Positions 8,130-16,927 of a stretch of 64,000 nt of DNA are shown piece after piece. Every line of letters starts with the position of its first letter. Within the stretch, counting starts at the first letter, position 1. The stretch lies in the IMG/VR virus record IMGVR_UViG_3300044609_000721; one strand, written 5' to 3'. A model generated the notes under the pieces. It was not told the DNA's origin, searched no databases, and was given only the letters and a program-made list of their open reading frames with translations. A program made the translations under genes and the position numbers. This stretch comes from a virus.

Positions 8130-10615
8130 GCGAATAAAAACTCCAACGTGTTAATCTTTTCTGTTTTCCAACCGATAGTATCTAGAATTGTTTTGAGTGG
8201 TTCTAGAAAACTCTTTTCGAATTGTACATCATAGTCAATGGATTTGTCAAGTCCCAATTCCTTGGGAAGTTCCTGAATAAATGAAACTATATTCTCGTTG
8301 ATCTTATTTGGCGTTCGTAGGTAGATGAACTTAACTTTCTCTCCCTCTTGGATAATAGGATACTTATGAGTAAGGTTATGCTTTCGGAGATAGTGATTAT
8401 ACAATAATGCACCTCGGACAGCAATAGGCGTACTCTTTCCATAGATGGTAACTCCACTGCTAAATTTTGATAGGTTGTTTACACCACGGGGGAATGCGAT
8501 CTGCTCTGGATCCATCTTCTTAAATTCGGAACGAAACTCTTCAATGAATTTGATGAGATCGTCATTGGTTTTAGTCATGATGACTTTCAAAGCATCCTTA
8601 ATCTTCTGACGGCAAGGTGCTGGAGTAGAAGATTTGACTGCTTCAATACCCATCATCTTGAGTTTTGGTTCACTATATCGAACGCCCTCAACGTCCCAAG
8701 CATTCAGGATGTAGCGTTTCTTTGCAGTCCAGATACCTTTGTCTGCAATAGTCTCACGCTTCATGAACATCTTTTGATCATAAGCATTTACGTACCTGGC
8801 CAATTCCGCATAAGAACTTTCAATATACTTTTCAAGTTCCACCTTACAGACCTTATCAAGGAACGAAACAATGCCTTCAGGAGTTTTCTCTCGTCCCTTG
8901 AATACTGCTTCCACAAAAGGACCAAGGTTAAGATACACAGAGTCAGTATCAACAGCAATAACATAATCTTTATTGTCAGACTTTAGAATCTTATTTAGAT
9001 ATTGATTGAGTTTATTTTCAATCCAACGAATAGACAACTGACCAGACAAAGTAATTGCCTCAGCATTCTGAAGATTGTAGTAACGGAAGTATTGGTTTCC
9101 GATAGCACCATAAGCAGAGTTGAGTTGAATCTTTCGTGCCATCTGGATATTGGTAAACTTAGCAATATCATTCTCCAACTTCTCAGTTGGATTCTTCTCA
9201 TACTCAGATTTAGCCGCAAGCATCTTCTTTTTGTAGATGGTACGGTCATCGTAAATACGCTGCATCATCTTGGGGAGGAACCCCTGATGGTCTGTGCGGT
9301 ACATGGCACCGTTAGCGCACACCGTCTCGCCCTGGAGGGTGCTCAGATCAATCTGCTGCGCTAGGAGGCGGTCTACGGTCACAGAGGGGTGTCTGTGGTC
9401 CTGCAGGGTCTCAGGACTGATGTTGTACTGCATGATCAGGTGAGGATACAGGGAGTTCAAGTCAAAACTCACTACCCATTCGTAAAGACCAGGAATAGGT
9501 TCTTTTACATAAGCACCTGCATACTTATCATCCTTCCTACTTCCTTTCTTAGGAGGAACAACAATATCGTCCCTCTTGAGGAAGTTGAAGATCAAAGTAT
9601 CCCACATACGAACCTGAGAGTATACATCCTCAAAGTTCACTTTTGCGTCATATGCCATAGTGGCAGCAAGTTCAATCAGTTTCATCTTGTCTTCCAGACG
9701 GTCAACAAGTTCTACGTCGAAGATGTTGTACTCTACAAACTTCTGCCAACCATAAGTATAGAACTCACGAAAGGTATCATACTCACTGTGATCCAACTTG
9801 CGCTGGTTCAGTTCCACAAAAGCAATGTGATCCAGACGATAAGATTCCTGGTTGGTGTAAGTGAACTTCTTATAGAGATCCAGATAATCCAGACAAGATA
9901 CACCCATAATATTGTAGGCAAGGTTAGTCCTACCTTTAACCACAATCTCCTTTTCGGAAACTTTATTCCATGGAGAAAGAGCCTTTACCCACTTCTCACT
10001 GAGAATACGATCTACCCTACGGCAGATATAAGGGATGTCGTAAAAATAGCAGTTCCATCCAGTCACGATATCAGGAGTATTCTTTGCCCACCACTCAATA
10101 AAGTCACGCATCATTGCAGACTCATTATCAAGCAAATGAACATTGATTCCTGCAGGAGCATCAAACTCCCGAGTCAACCACGTATCAACTTTCTTAGTAT
10201 TCAGGTTCTTGATTGTGATACAAAGGATTTCCTCTGCAGCACTTTGGACATCAGGAAATCCATTCTCAGAAGCAACTTCAATGTCAATCGTATAGATCTC
10301 AAGTTTCTTGAAATCGTAATCTACTTCATCAGGATGTTGATCAGAGATGTACTGATATACGAAACGTTCATATCCGTAGACATCAAAGTTCTGCACATTC
10401 TCATACTTCTGCATGAACTCCCTAGCATCACGGGGTCCAGCAAACTTAATCGGTTTAACGTGCTGTCCATCAAGAGTCTTATATTTTGACTCCTGGGGGG
10501 AAGCAACAAAAAGGGTAGGTGAAAACTTTTCCCTAAACTGAACACGATCGCCATGATCATATCCACGATAGAGAATGTCGTCACCTACCTGTTCAACGTT
10601 GGTATAAAACTTCAT
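8126..10615 (-). CDS. gp43: Family B DNA polymerase
   Basis: Exo [31 protein letters not shown]. Real start MKFYTNV at 10615 overlaps the upstream stop (ATGA). No intein or intron apparent. Confidence 0.97.
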   Translation of the reverse strand: MKFYTNVEQVGDDILYRGYDHGDRVQFREKFSPTLFVASPQESKYKTLDGQHVKPIKFAGPRDAREFMQKYENVQNFDVYGYERFVYQYISDQHPDEVDYDFKKLEIYTIDIEVASENGFPDVQSAAEEILCITIKNLNTKKVDTWLTREFDAPAGINVHLLDNESAMMRDFIEWWAKNTPDIVTGWNCYFYDIPYICRRVDRILSEKWVKALSPWNKVSEKEIVVKGRTNLAYNIMGVSCLDYLDLYKKFTYTNQESYRLDHIAFVELNQRKLDHSEYDTFREFYTYGWQKFVEYNIFDVELVDRLEDKMKLIELAATMAYDAKVNFEDVYSQVRMWDTLIFNFLKRDDIVVPPKKGSRKDDKYAGAYVKEPIPGLYEWVVSFDLNSLYPHLIMQYNISPETLQDHRHPSVTVDRLLAQQIDLSTLQGETVCANGAMYRTDHQGFLPKMMQRIYDDRTIYKKKMLAAKSEYEKNPTEKLENDIAKFTNIQMARKIQLNSAYGAIGNQYFRYYNLQNAEAITLSGQLSIRWIENKLNQYLNKILKSDNKDYVIAVDTDSVYLNLGPFVEAVFKGREKTPEGIVSFLDKVCKVELEKYIESSYAELARYVNAYDQKMFMKRETIADKGIWTAKKRYILNAWDVEGVRYSEPKLKMMGIEAVKSSTPAPCRQKIKDALKVIMTKTNDDLIKFIEEFRSEFKKMDPEQIAFPRGVNNLSKFSSGVTIYGKSTPIAVRGALLYNHYLRKHNLTHKYPIIQEGEKVKFIYLRTPNKINENIVSFIQELPKELGLDKSIDYDVQFEKSFLEPLKTILDTIGWKTEKINTLEFLFA

Positions 10616-11025
10616 CCTGAGATTTTCTCGTAAAGGTCCAGAACGCCCTGTTCTGGATCCAGTATAGTCAAAATCGAGTCGCTTGTCAAGAAGAGATCTC
10701 GTTGAGAACAATACTTAGGATACTTTTCGAGAATGATATACTCGTAACTCCAACTGGTTTTCCCGTTAAATGTTTCCTCTTCCTGGGAGATTAGAAGGTG
10801 TTCACCTTTAGATTTAGCACGTTGTACCAACTCTTCAAGATCCTCACCATACTCACCACAGTCAAGAATACGATAACACTTCTCAATTAAAATTGCAGGT
10901 TCTTCATCTAGTTCAGTCACTTTACCAACCAGATACTCATCACGATCCCTCAGTAGAAGAATCTTCACTATCGACTGGAGACTCTCCACGTCCACTGTCT
11001 CCATCTCCATCATTTCCTGCTCCAT
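10612..11025 (-). CDS. Hypothetical protein (possible Sm/SH3-like barrel)
   Basis: 137-aa ORF, VKILLLRDRDEYLVGKV. Stop overlaps the gp43 ATG. Start uncertain (several Met). Confidence 0.65.
   Translation of the reverse strand: MEQEMMEMETVDVESLQSIVKILLLRDRDEYLVGKVTELDEEPAILIEKCYRILDCGEYGEDLEELVQRAKSKGEHLLISQEEETFNGKTSWSYEYIILEKYPKYCSQRDLFLTSDSILTILDPEQGVLDLYEKISG
10661..10689 (-). promoter_or_regulatory. Sigma70-type promoter inside the upstream ORF, 46 nt before the gp43 start
   Basis: TTGACA-agcgactcgattttgac(17)-TATACT. Confidence 0.75.
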
Positions 11026-11344
11026 TCATAGCCTCCAAAATTTTACTGTATTGTTCTAGGACTTGTGTGTGAGGATCATACACACAAATAATTTCATTGG
11101 GATCAAGATAAATGACCCTGTTTGCAGATAGAGGTACCCAAGAAACCATATGAACTTTTGGATTACTCATCCGAATTGGATTTCCACTACGCTCAAACAT
11201 AGATTCAGTGTCTTCAACCAATGCGACTGCATATGGATCTTCACACTGGATTGCTGCAACTTGCTCTGTTTCTTTTGTTAGTACTTCTTTTAGTCCAGCG
11301 ATAATGTCTTCACCGCTTCTTAGTCTTGCGATTCTTACGCTCAT
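10940..11344 (-). CDS. Conserved T4-like cyanophage hypothetical protein (possible Sm-like fold)
   Basis: MSVRIARLRSGEDIIA...WVPLS...PHTQVLEQY, a pattern typical of the gene between hsp20 and gp43. Confidence 0.75.
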   Translation of the reverse strand: MSVRIARLRSGEDIIAGLKEVLTKETEQVAAIQCEDPYAVALVEDTESMFERSGNPIRMSNPKVHMVSWVPLSANRVIYLDPNEIICVYDPHTQVLEQYSKILEAMNGAGNDGDGDSGRGESPVDSEDSSTEGS

Positions 11345-11540
11345 AACTCTTGCTCAAAATAATGTTTACTGATTCGTTAATTAATTCGTTCAATGCCTTG
11401 TTCTGTTGGATATTTTTTGCATCCGAAACAGATTTAGCATAGGTCATTAAAACATCCATCACATGTACTGGTGCTTCAATAGTCACCAGATCAGATTCCC
11501 CATCATATTGGGGAGGGTTCAAATTAAAATAAAACTGCAT
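11310..11540 (-). CDS. Small hypothetical protein
   Basis: GGAGG Shine-Dalgarno then ATG at 11540 (MQFYFNLNPP...), directly downstream of a promoter. Confidence 0.65.
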   Translation of the reverse strand: MQFYFNLNPPQYDGESDLVTIEAPVHVMDVLMTYAKSVSDAKNIQQNKALNELINESVNIILSKSYERKNRKTKKR

Positions 11541-11549
11541 GTTTCCTCC

Positions 11550-11578
11550 ATTATACAAACAAAAAAGGGAGAGGTCAA
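11550..11578 (-). promoter_or_regulatory. Sigma70 promoter overlapping the hsp20 terminator
   Basis: TTGACC-tctcccttttttgtttg(17)-TATAAT. Confidence 0.8.
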
Positions 11579-11592
11579 GCCCTTCTCCCTTT
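11561..11592 (-). terminator. Rho-independent terminator after hsp20
   Basis: aaagggagaagg-gcttga-cctctccctttttt, bulged stem plus U-tract. Confidence 0.7.
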
Positions 11593-11613
11593 ATTCTGTT
11601 TCATCTATTTATA

Positions 11614-12057
11614 TCACTCAGTTAGCAGTTGCTTTTCTGGTGAAGAGATTTCGTAGACTTTTCTTTGTTGCTTTTCTGGGATAATTCTAGTCAGATCAAT
11701 TGTAAGAAGTCCATCTTCAAATTTAACATCTGAGATTTCAACATCTTCAGATAGTTGCCAAGTTCTTATGAATGAGCGTTTCGAAAGTCCTTTGTGGAGA
11801 TATGTTCGTTCAGAATCTCGTTTCTCAACTTTGGAGGTAACTCTGAGAACGTTCTGTTCTGTAGCGACTTCGATCTCCGATGGCTTAAATCCTGCGAGAG
11901 CAATTTCAATAGAGAAATTACTTGTGTCATGTTTGATTAAATTGTAGGGTGGGTAATTGACGTTGTTTCCAGACATAGATTCTAGTCGATGGAAAACTTC
12001 ATCCAGACCTACAGTGTGTGGTGCGTATTCTTTCCAAAATGTTTCGGCAGTGATCAT
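11614..12057 (-). CDS. hsp20: Small heat-shock protein (IbpA/Hsp20)
   Basis: NYPPYNLIK...IEIALAGF...YLHKGLSKRSF.R.W.L...DGLLTIDL alpha-crystallin motifs. Confidence 0.95.
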   Translation of the reverse strand: MITAETFWKEYAPHTVGLDEVFHRLESMSGNNVNYPPYNLIKHDTSNFSIEIALAGFKPSEIEVATEQNVLRVTSKVEKRDSERTYLHKGLSKRSFIRTWQLSEDVEISDVKFEDGLLTIDLTRIIPEKQQRKVYEISSPEKQLLTE

Positions 12058-12117
12058 TTTACTTCTCCTTTAAAAGCGAGTGTTAGGAAATGCAGACCCA
12101 TTAGGCATCTACACAGG

Positions 12118-12135
12118 TATTTATACCATAAATAT
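12118..12135. promoter_or_regulatory. Back-to-back late promoters: TATAAATA (minus, toward hsp20) and ATAAATA (plus, toward the small-gene island)
   Basis: tatttata-cc-cataaata at 12118-12135. Confidence 0.6.
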
Positions 12136-12184
12136 CGATGAGTATAAATTCCTGCTATCCGAACCTCTATTGGTAGTAAACCGA

Positions 12185-12313
12185 ATGAGATACCTCAGAA
12201 TCTTGTTACTAAAGCATGATGGGTCTACTGAATGGAGAAGAATTCCATGGGGTAAGGCACATCTAGATTACCATAGGAAGGAAGGTTATATTCTAATGGC
12301 GTTCGAAGAATAG
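12185..12313 (+). CDS. Small hypothetical protein (42 aa)
   Basis: MRYLRILLLKHDGSTEWRRIPW...; first of a tightly packed plus-strand series. Confidence 0.45.
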   Translation: MRYLRILLLKHDGSTEWRRIPWGKAHLDYHRKEGYILMAFEE

Positions 12314-12315
12314 AT

Positions 12316-12426
12316 ATGAGTCAATTACCTTGGGGAGTATTCATCATAATGGGTATTGGATTGTCTGGCACAGCATATATCCTTTACTACATTTTACGTC
12401 TGGCATATTTGGAGACAAAAGAATGA
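12316..12426 (+). CDS. Small single-pass membrane protein (36 aa)
   Basis: Hand translation MSQLPWGVFIIMGIGLSGTAYILYYILRLAYLETKE. Not in the ORF track. Confidence 0.6.
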   Translation: MSQLPWGVFIIMGIGLSGTAYILYYILRLAYLETKE

Positions 12427-12509
12427 ATACATATATCTCAGCATTAATCATTTTCAGCACAATTGGATATGGAATCTATTGGGGTTTGCACAATGCGTAT
12501 CCACACTAA
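12423..12509 (+). CDS. Small single-pass membrane peptide (28 aa)
   Basis: Hand translation MNTYISALIIFSTIGYGIYWGLHNAYPH. ATGA overlap with the previous gene. Confidence 0.55.
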   Translation: MNTYISALIIFSTIGYGIYWGLHNAYPH

Positions 12510-12535
12510 ATAATTTTAATTATGAGAATATTAGT

Positions 12536-12856
12536 ATGCTGTCTACCCAATATCGCCTTCGCCTTGAATATATCTGCGAACGAATTGTTCAGGGTGCTGA
12601 AGTAAAATTAGAAGATATGATTTGGGCAGAGAAACTTGCTAAGGCAAATAGGACCGCTGGTACTATGCTTCGTCAGGCAAGAAGAACTGCTGCGAATCCA
12701 GATATGGTTGAAGGTGATATGGATGACTTTCTAAATCAACTTGACATTGGTGGAATTGGTCACGAAGGTAAAGGTGTTCGTGGATTTAATACTGTAGACG
12801 ATATCATTGACTTTTTCACTGAAGACAAACCCGAAGACTGGAGGCAACGTGATTGA
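12536..12856 (+). CDS. Conserved cyanophage hypothetical protein
   Basis: MLSTQYRLRLEYICERI...EDMIWAEKLAKAN, recognised as a common cyanophage family. Start reassigned from 12356. Confidence 0.75.
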   Translation: MLSTQYRLRLEYICERIVQGAEVKLEDMIWAEKLAKANRTAGTMLRQARRTAANPDMVEGDMDDFLNQLDIGGIGHEGKGVRGFNTVDDIIDFFTEDKPEDWRQRD

Positions 12857-13022
12857 AAGTAAAGACCAAAAACGACAAAAAGCATTAAGTCTGTTTATTG
12901 AAAGTGTAATCAAACCAGATCACATGCTAAGAACAGATGCACATATCCAAGAGTGCTTTCCAGAACTAATGGAAATCAGAGACGAAATTATTAGTTACTT
13001 GAGAAATAAAAACAAAAATTAA
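12849..13022 (+). CDS. Small conserved cyanophage hypothetical protein
   Basis: GTG start overlapping the previous gene end; KRQKALSLFIESVIKPDHMLR. Confidence 0.6.
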   Translation: MIESKDQKRQKALSLFIESVIKPDHMLRTDAHIQECFPELMEIRDEIISYLRNKNKN

Positions 13023-13047
13023 AGGGGGCATAGGCCCCCTTTTTTTA
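13021..13047 (+). terminator. Rho-independent terminator between convergent genes
   Basis: AAAGGGGGC-atag-GCCCCCTTT followed by a T-tract. Confidence 0.85.
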
Positions 13048-13470
13048 TTCTGCAGTTTTCTTCTTACCGATATTATACTTACTCTCCAAGGTCCATTCCG
13101 CCTTGTCTCGATATGCGATAACCTTAATTTGATTTAAGGGAGCAGCATCGGTGATTGATTCAGCATTGACTAGGGTAATCAGTCCCCAATCAGAAAGCAG
13201 TTGAATGATACGATTACGTCTTTGAAGATCGTTTAAAGAAAAGTTTGTGTCCTTCCTGTCAAGAGCAAACAGTTCTTTAAAGTGAACAATATAGTACTTA
13301 CCTTTCTTGTGAAGAATATGGCAAGACTGGTACAGTTTCTTTTCTTTTCGAGAAGCAACTCCAATACGGGTTAGCGTTTCACGCACCTTCAAGAAGTCAT
13401 CAGGTTCCTTAAGAACCACTTCAATCATATCCTCTTCGGACCACTTCACTTCAGTTTCATTAGAAGTCAT
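13045..13470 (-). CDS. regA: Translational repressor RegA
   Basis: DDFLKVRETLTRIGVAS...LYQSCHILHK.G.YYIVHFKELFALD. Confidence 0.96.
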   Translation of the reverse strand: MTSNETEVKWSEEDMIEVVLKEPDDFLKVRETLTRIGVASRKEKKLYQSCHILHKKGKYYIVHFKELFALDRKDTNFSLNDLQRRNRIIQLLSDWGLITLVNAESITDAAPLNQIKVIAYRDKAEWTLESKYNIGKKKTAE

Positions 13471-13847
13471 TTTTTACCTCCAGTATTAAGCTTCGACTCA
13501 ATGTAGTTTAGTTGTTCTTTGGTTAACAAACCTAGAGCAGTCTTAGCTTTTTCATTACTATATCCATAGTATTGCTTAACCAACTCAAGGTCCTTAAGAG
13601 AATCCTTTTTTAACCAAGGGGAGAATCTTTTTTTAGATCTCAGACTATTTATATAAAAATCATATTGCATCTTACTGTCCAAATGGCAATTAACATTCAT
13701 CTCATTTGCATACAGAACTGCATCCATATGTCCAGATAAACAGCGATTGATAACGTATGCAGGATATTTACTAATACATTCTGCATCATCATCCATCAAA
13801 TTAACCTTGGTGTGATTAATACTATTCAACCAGTCTTTCAATTCCAT
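13467..13847 (-). CDS. gp62: Clamp loader small subunit
   Basis: YVINRCLS...MQYDFY...KKRFSPWLK...YYGYSNEKA, directly upstream of regA. Confidence 0.92.
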   Translation of the reverse strand: MELKDWLNSINHTKVNLMDDDAECISKYPAYVINRCLSGHMDAVLYANEMNVNCHLDSKMQYDFYINSLRSKKRFSPWLKKDSLKDLELVKQYYGYSNEKAKTALGLLTKEQLNYIESKLNTGGKK

Positions 13848-14905
13848 TATCTAATAATCTCCAAATCAATACCAGGTTTCCATAGTTCCAACTCAGTTCT
13901 CAACTTCCCTTCAGAAATGAGTTTATCATATCTCTTTGATGCTTTTTTCTTCCACCATGTAATGACTTCATCAGTCTCATAACCAAATTTGGAGATGTAG
14001 TATCTCTTCTTCTCTGTAAGAGATTTAGCATGTGTGATGCAAGTCTTAAACTCATTGAGTTTATCTTGATCACAAAGAGAATTGGTAATGATAGAAATCA
14101 TTTTGGTTTGAATCTTCAATTTCTTAGATGACTTGTCAGCAGAAATCAATCTCTCTCCATCGTTTCTCTCATTAAACCACCAAAAGAAATCACGAAATTC
14201 ATCATCATGAAAGAGTGGTAAGAAATTACTTTCAGTATCTCCAATATGACGAATGAAAGGTTTCAATCCATCATACATTGATACTCCCTTGGTTGTTCCA
14301 TACAAAGAAGTAGTTTCAAAATACTTTAGATCAGTTCCATACTTAAGGTCAAATTGCCTCTTCAGTTCATTCGAAGATGCCAGCAAGGCCAACAACTTAC
14401 CACCAAGATAATTGTAACCAAATGGTTGTGTAGGAACGATATTAAATCCCATCACAAAATTCTTGTTGATGGTAGAGAGTGGAAGTACTTCACCAAAGTA
14501 ATCATTCCTTGGTTTAGAATTGATTGTTGGAGATCCAAAGCGAACTACACCGACAACCCTTTTTGTGTTCTCTTCAGTGACAATCCATTTGATAGTTCTT
14601 CCTGGAATTGCTTCTTCTATTGCATTAGAAGCAGTCTTGTTCAATATCTCAGAATACAAACTTTGATTGTACTTACTCTTGGGTTTTGGTGAGGTATCTA
14701 CTTGATGAATCTTGAATACCATTTCATTTGGGTGAATACTAAAATCACTAAAGATTTCATCCTCAGGTCCAAACAAAGAAGTAGATTCATTATTGAGTCT
14801 ACTCTTTTTCACAAACCGCAAATAGTCATCGATTCTTGTAAATTGGGAATAGTAATCGATGAATTTATTTGCAGCATAAATTGCATCATCTGGGGTTAAC
14901 TTCAT
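13847..14905 (-). CDS. DUF4338/DruA-like protein inserted between gp44 and gp62
   Basis: VPTQPFGYNYLGGKLLALL and ETTSLYG...SMYDGL resemble DUF4338 motifs as I recall them. Confidence 0.5.
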   Translation of the reverse strand: MKLTPDDAIYAANKFIDYYSQFTRIDDYLRFVKKSRLNNESTSLFGPEDEIFSDFSIHPNEMVFKIHQVDTSPKPKSKYNQSLYSEILNKTASNAIEEAIPGRTIKWIVTEENTKRVVGVVRFGSPTINSKPRNDYFGEVLPLSTINKNFVMGFNIVPTQPFGYNYLGGKLLALLASSNELKRQFDLKYGTDLKYFETTSLYGTTKGVSMYDGLKPFIRHIGDTESNFLPLFHDDEFRDFFWWFNERNDGERLISADKSSKKLKIQTKMISIITNSLCDQDKLNEFKTCITHAKSLTEKKRYYISKFGYETDEVITWWKKKASKRYDKLISEGKLRTELELWKPGIDLEIIR

Positions 14906-14914
14906 AAATTAAAT

Positions 14915-15859
14915 TTACTTAAACTGACACTCACACATAATCTCAGTCAATGCTGCCAGAAGATTAATCTCTTGGTCGGCAACAAATGCTGTCTGGTATT
15001 GGTACTTAGCAATAATAAGTACAGCAGCGGGAACGGTAGAAGGAACTAATGCCTCATACATTGTATCATAGATCTTCCGAAGAATATGATTTGGATCATT
15101 ATCCAAATTAGAAACGACCCACTTTCGAACCTCAGTGAAGTTCTTATCCGAAAGATGCTTAACAAGATCGTTCAGTTTGATATCAGAAACTTGAGATAAG
15201 ATTCCACTATCAATAGTTCCACTGGAAGAATACCTCTGCAACTCATTCAAAGTCCTCCTCCAATCGGGGAAGTGCTTATGAATTACTTCTGCTACTACTC
15301 GCTGATCGTACTCAACACCCTCTTGAGCCAAGATTTCCCGTACTCGGTTAAAGAATTGGGCAGCGATGGATGGTTTCTCCTTCCCTGGGATAGAGAAATC
15401 GATACAGGCGCATCGAGAGTGGAGGGGTTCAATGATTTTGTTTTTGAAGTTTGCAGTGAAGATGAATCGACAGTTGCTATAAAACGTCTCAATATTAGCC
15501 CGTAGGAGGAGTTGAACGTCGTTGGTTGTGTTATCTGCCTCATCGATGATGATGACTTTGTGTTTACCAGTCGCTTGAAGTGATACGGTCGAAGCAAAGT
15601 TTTTTGCTTGGTTCCGTACCGTGTCCAGAAATCGTCCTTCGTCAGATCCGTTGATGACATAATAATCTACTCCTAGTTCATCGCATATTGCTTTCGCTAC
15701 AGTGGTCTTCCCGATACCAGGAGGACCTGAAAGGAGAAGATTAGGAATCTCTCCTTTCTCTACAAATTCCTTAAGTGTAGTCTTAAGGTTCTGTGGAAGA
15801 ATGCAATCGTCAACCTTACGAGGACGATACTTCTCAACCCAAAGAAAGTGTTCTTTCAT
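14915..15859 (-). CDS. gp44: Clamp loader large subunit (AAA+)
   Basis: LWVEKYRP, GPPGIGKTT, IIIDEAD, PLHSRC. Confidence 0.96.
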   Translation of the reverse strand: MKEHFLWVEKYRPRKVDDCILPQNLKTTLKEFVEKGEIPNLLLSGPPGIGKTTVAKAICDELGVDYYVINGSDEGRFLDTVRNQAKNFASTVSLQATGKHKVIIIDEADNTTNDVQLLLRANIETFYSNCRFIFTANFKNKIIEPLHSRCACIDFSIPGKEKPSIAAQFFNRVREILAQEGVEYDQRVVAEVIHKHFPDWRRTLNELQRYSSSGTIDSGILSQVSDIKLNDLVKHLSDKNFTEVRKWVVSNLDNDPNHILRKIYDTMYEALVPSTVPAAVLIIAKYQYQTAFVADQEINLLAALTEIMCECQFK

Positions 15860-15883
15860 AATAAATCCTCCACAAGTTAATTA

Positions 15884-16558
15884 TCAGTTGTTCACATTAG
15901 GTTCAAGGGCAATCCAATATTTCAAATTGCCATTTCGTGCTTGGAAAAGAGCTACTTTACCCATGTGAATTGAAACTTTATAAGTTTCAGAGATCAATCG
16001 AAGGTTTTCCATCTTGAAGCAATAGCAGAAGTCACTATCAGTATCTCCTAGTTCGATAGAGTATACGTTTGAAGTATCATTCTTCTTATCAGTTACACAG
16101 ATGTTCATCTTACCATCAGCACCATAAAGGCAAAGATCTTGAACACCATAAGTATTTGCTGCTTGCTGAAGTCGTTTCAGTTCTTCTGTACCGAGATTGA
16201 ATTCAACATCTGTAGTGGTAAGATCAAGATCTTTATCTGGAGGACTCACAATCATATCTGGATCAGAGTAATAAATTTTACTCTTGGATTTTGTTGCTGA
16301 GTCGCTGATCATCAAGCACCTGGTATTGGAGAAATCTAGAATAGGATTTCCACAAAGATTCAAAGCACCAATAAAAACAGAAAGATCATAGATTGCTGCT
16401 TGCTCTGGAAACTCCTCGTCCACAACACAACGAGCCATGATATTTTTATTTACCGACAAAGTGGAAATAATATTCCCAGGTTGAAGTACAATTGACTTGT
16501 TGATAGACAGAAAGTTCTTAAGAACCTCAATCGTTTTTGGACTAACCGAAATACTCAT
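15884..16558 (-). CDS. gp45: Sliding clamp
   Basis: LKNFLSINKSI...IYDLSVF...YWIALEP; synteny with gp44. Confidence 0.93.
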   Translation of the reverse strand: MSISVSPKTIEVLKNFLSINKSIVLQPGNIISTLSVNKNIMARCVVDEEFPEQAAIYDLSVFIGALNLCGNPILDFSNTRCLMISDSATKSKSKIYYSDPDMIVSPPDKDLDLTTTDVEFNLGTEELKRLQQAANTYGVQDLCLYGADGKMNICVTDKKNDTSNVYSIELGDTDSDFCYCFKMENLRLISETYKVSIHMGKVALFQARNGNLKYWIALEPNVNN

Positions 16559-16869
16559 ACCGATTTAAACTCCTGAAGACCGTTGTTGGTTCGACTATAA
16601 TGCTTGTCGAAGTGAAGTAGCAGCATAGCATAATGAATCACTTTAAGCAAATCACGTTTGTTGTGACCATCCTTATCCCCATATCGAGATCCATATTTGA
16701 GGATGTTTGCTTGACAGAAATCTGCTGCTAGACCTTTTGCTGCCATGAGATCAATAGTTTGAATATCACTATACTCATCATCGTGCCCGCAATAATGACT
16801 GCCATACGTACTCACTACATAATCTTCGATGTCTTTAAAGATTTTATCTTCATTGTACTTCCATTGCAT
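16555..16869 (-). CDS. Conserved hypothetical protein (DUF3310/SaV-like)
   Basis: HY...QTID...FCQANILKYGSRYG.K...DLLKVIHY. Confidence 0.7.
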   Translation of the reverse strand: MQWKYNEDKIFKDIEDYVVSTYGSHYCGHDDEYSDIQTIDLMAAKGLAADFCQANILKYGSRYGDKDGHNKRDLLKVIHYAMLLLHFDKHYSRTNNGLQEFKSV

Positions 16870-16886
16870 AATTTAATTACCTCCAG

Positions 16887-16913
16887 AAAAAACGGGGGGA
16901 TTGACTCCCCCCA
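16887..16913 (-). terminator. Terminator after the SLH-barrel gene
   Basis: GGGGGGA-gtcaa-TCCCCCC followed by GTTTTTT on the minus strand. Confidence 0.75.
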
Positions 16914-16927
16914 GTATTATATCAGAT

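Noticed and set aside
9002-10489. Plus-strand ORFs within gp43 (e.g. 9389-10489, 366 aa)
   Set aside because: Antisense to a highly conserved polymerase, with no domain features
10616-10711. N-terminal extension of gp43 given by the ORF track; likewise the extended starts for the porin (18091) and the VWA gene (21302)
   Set aside because: The extensions overlap other genes, promoters or the tRNA. Conserved N-termini begin at 10615, 17806 and 21164.
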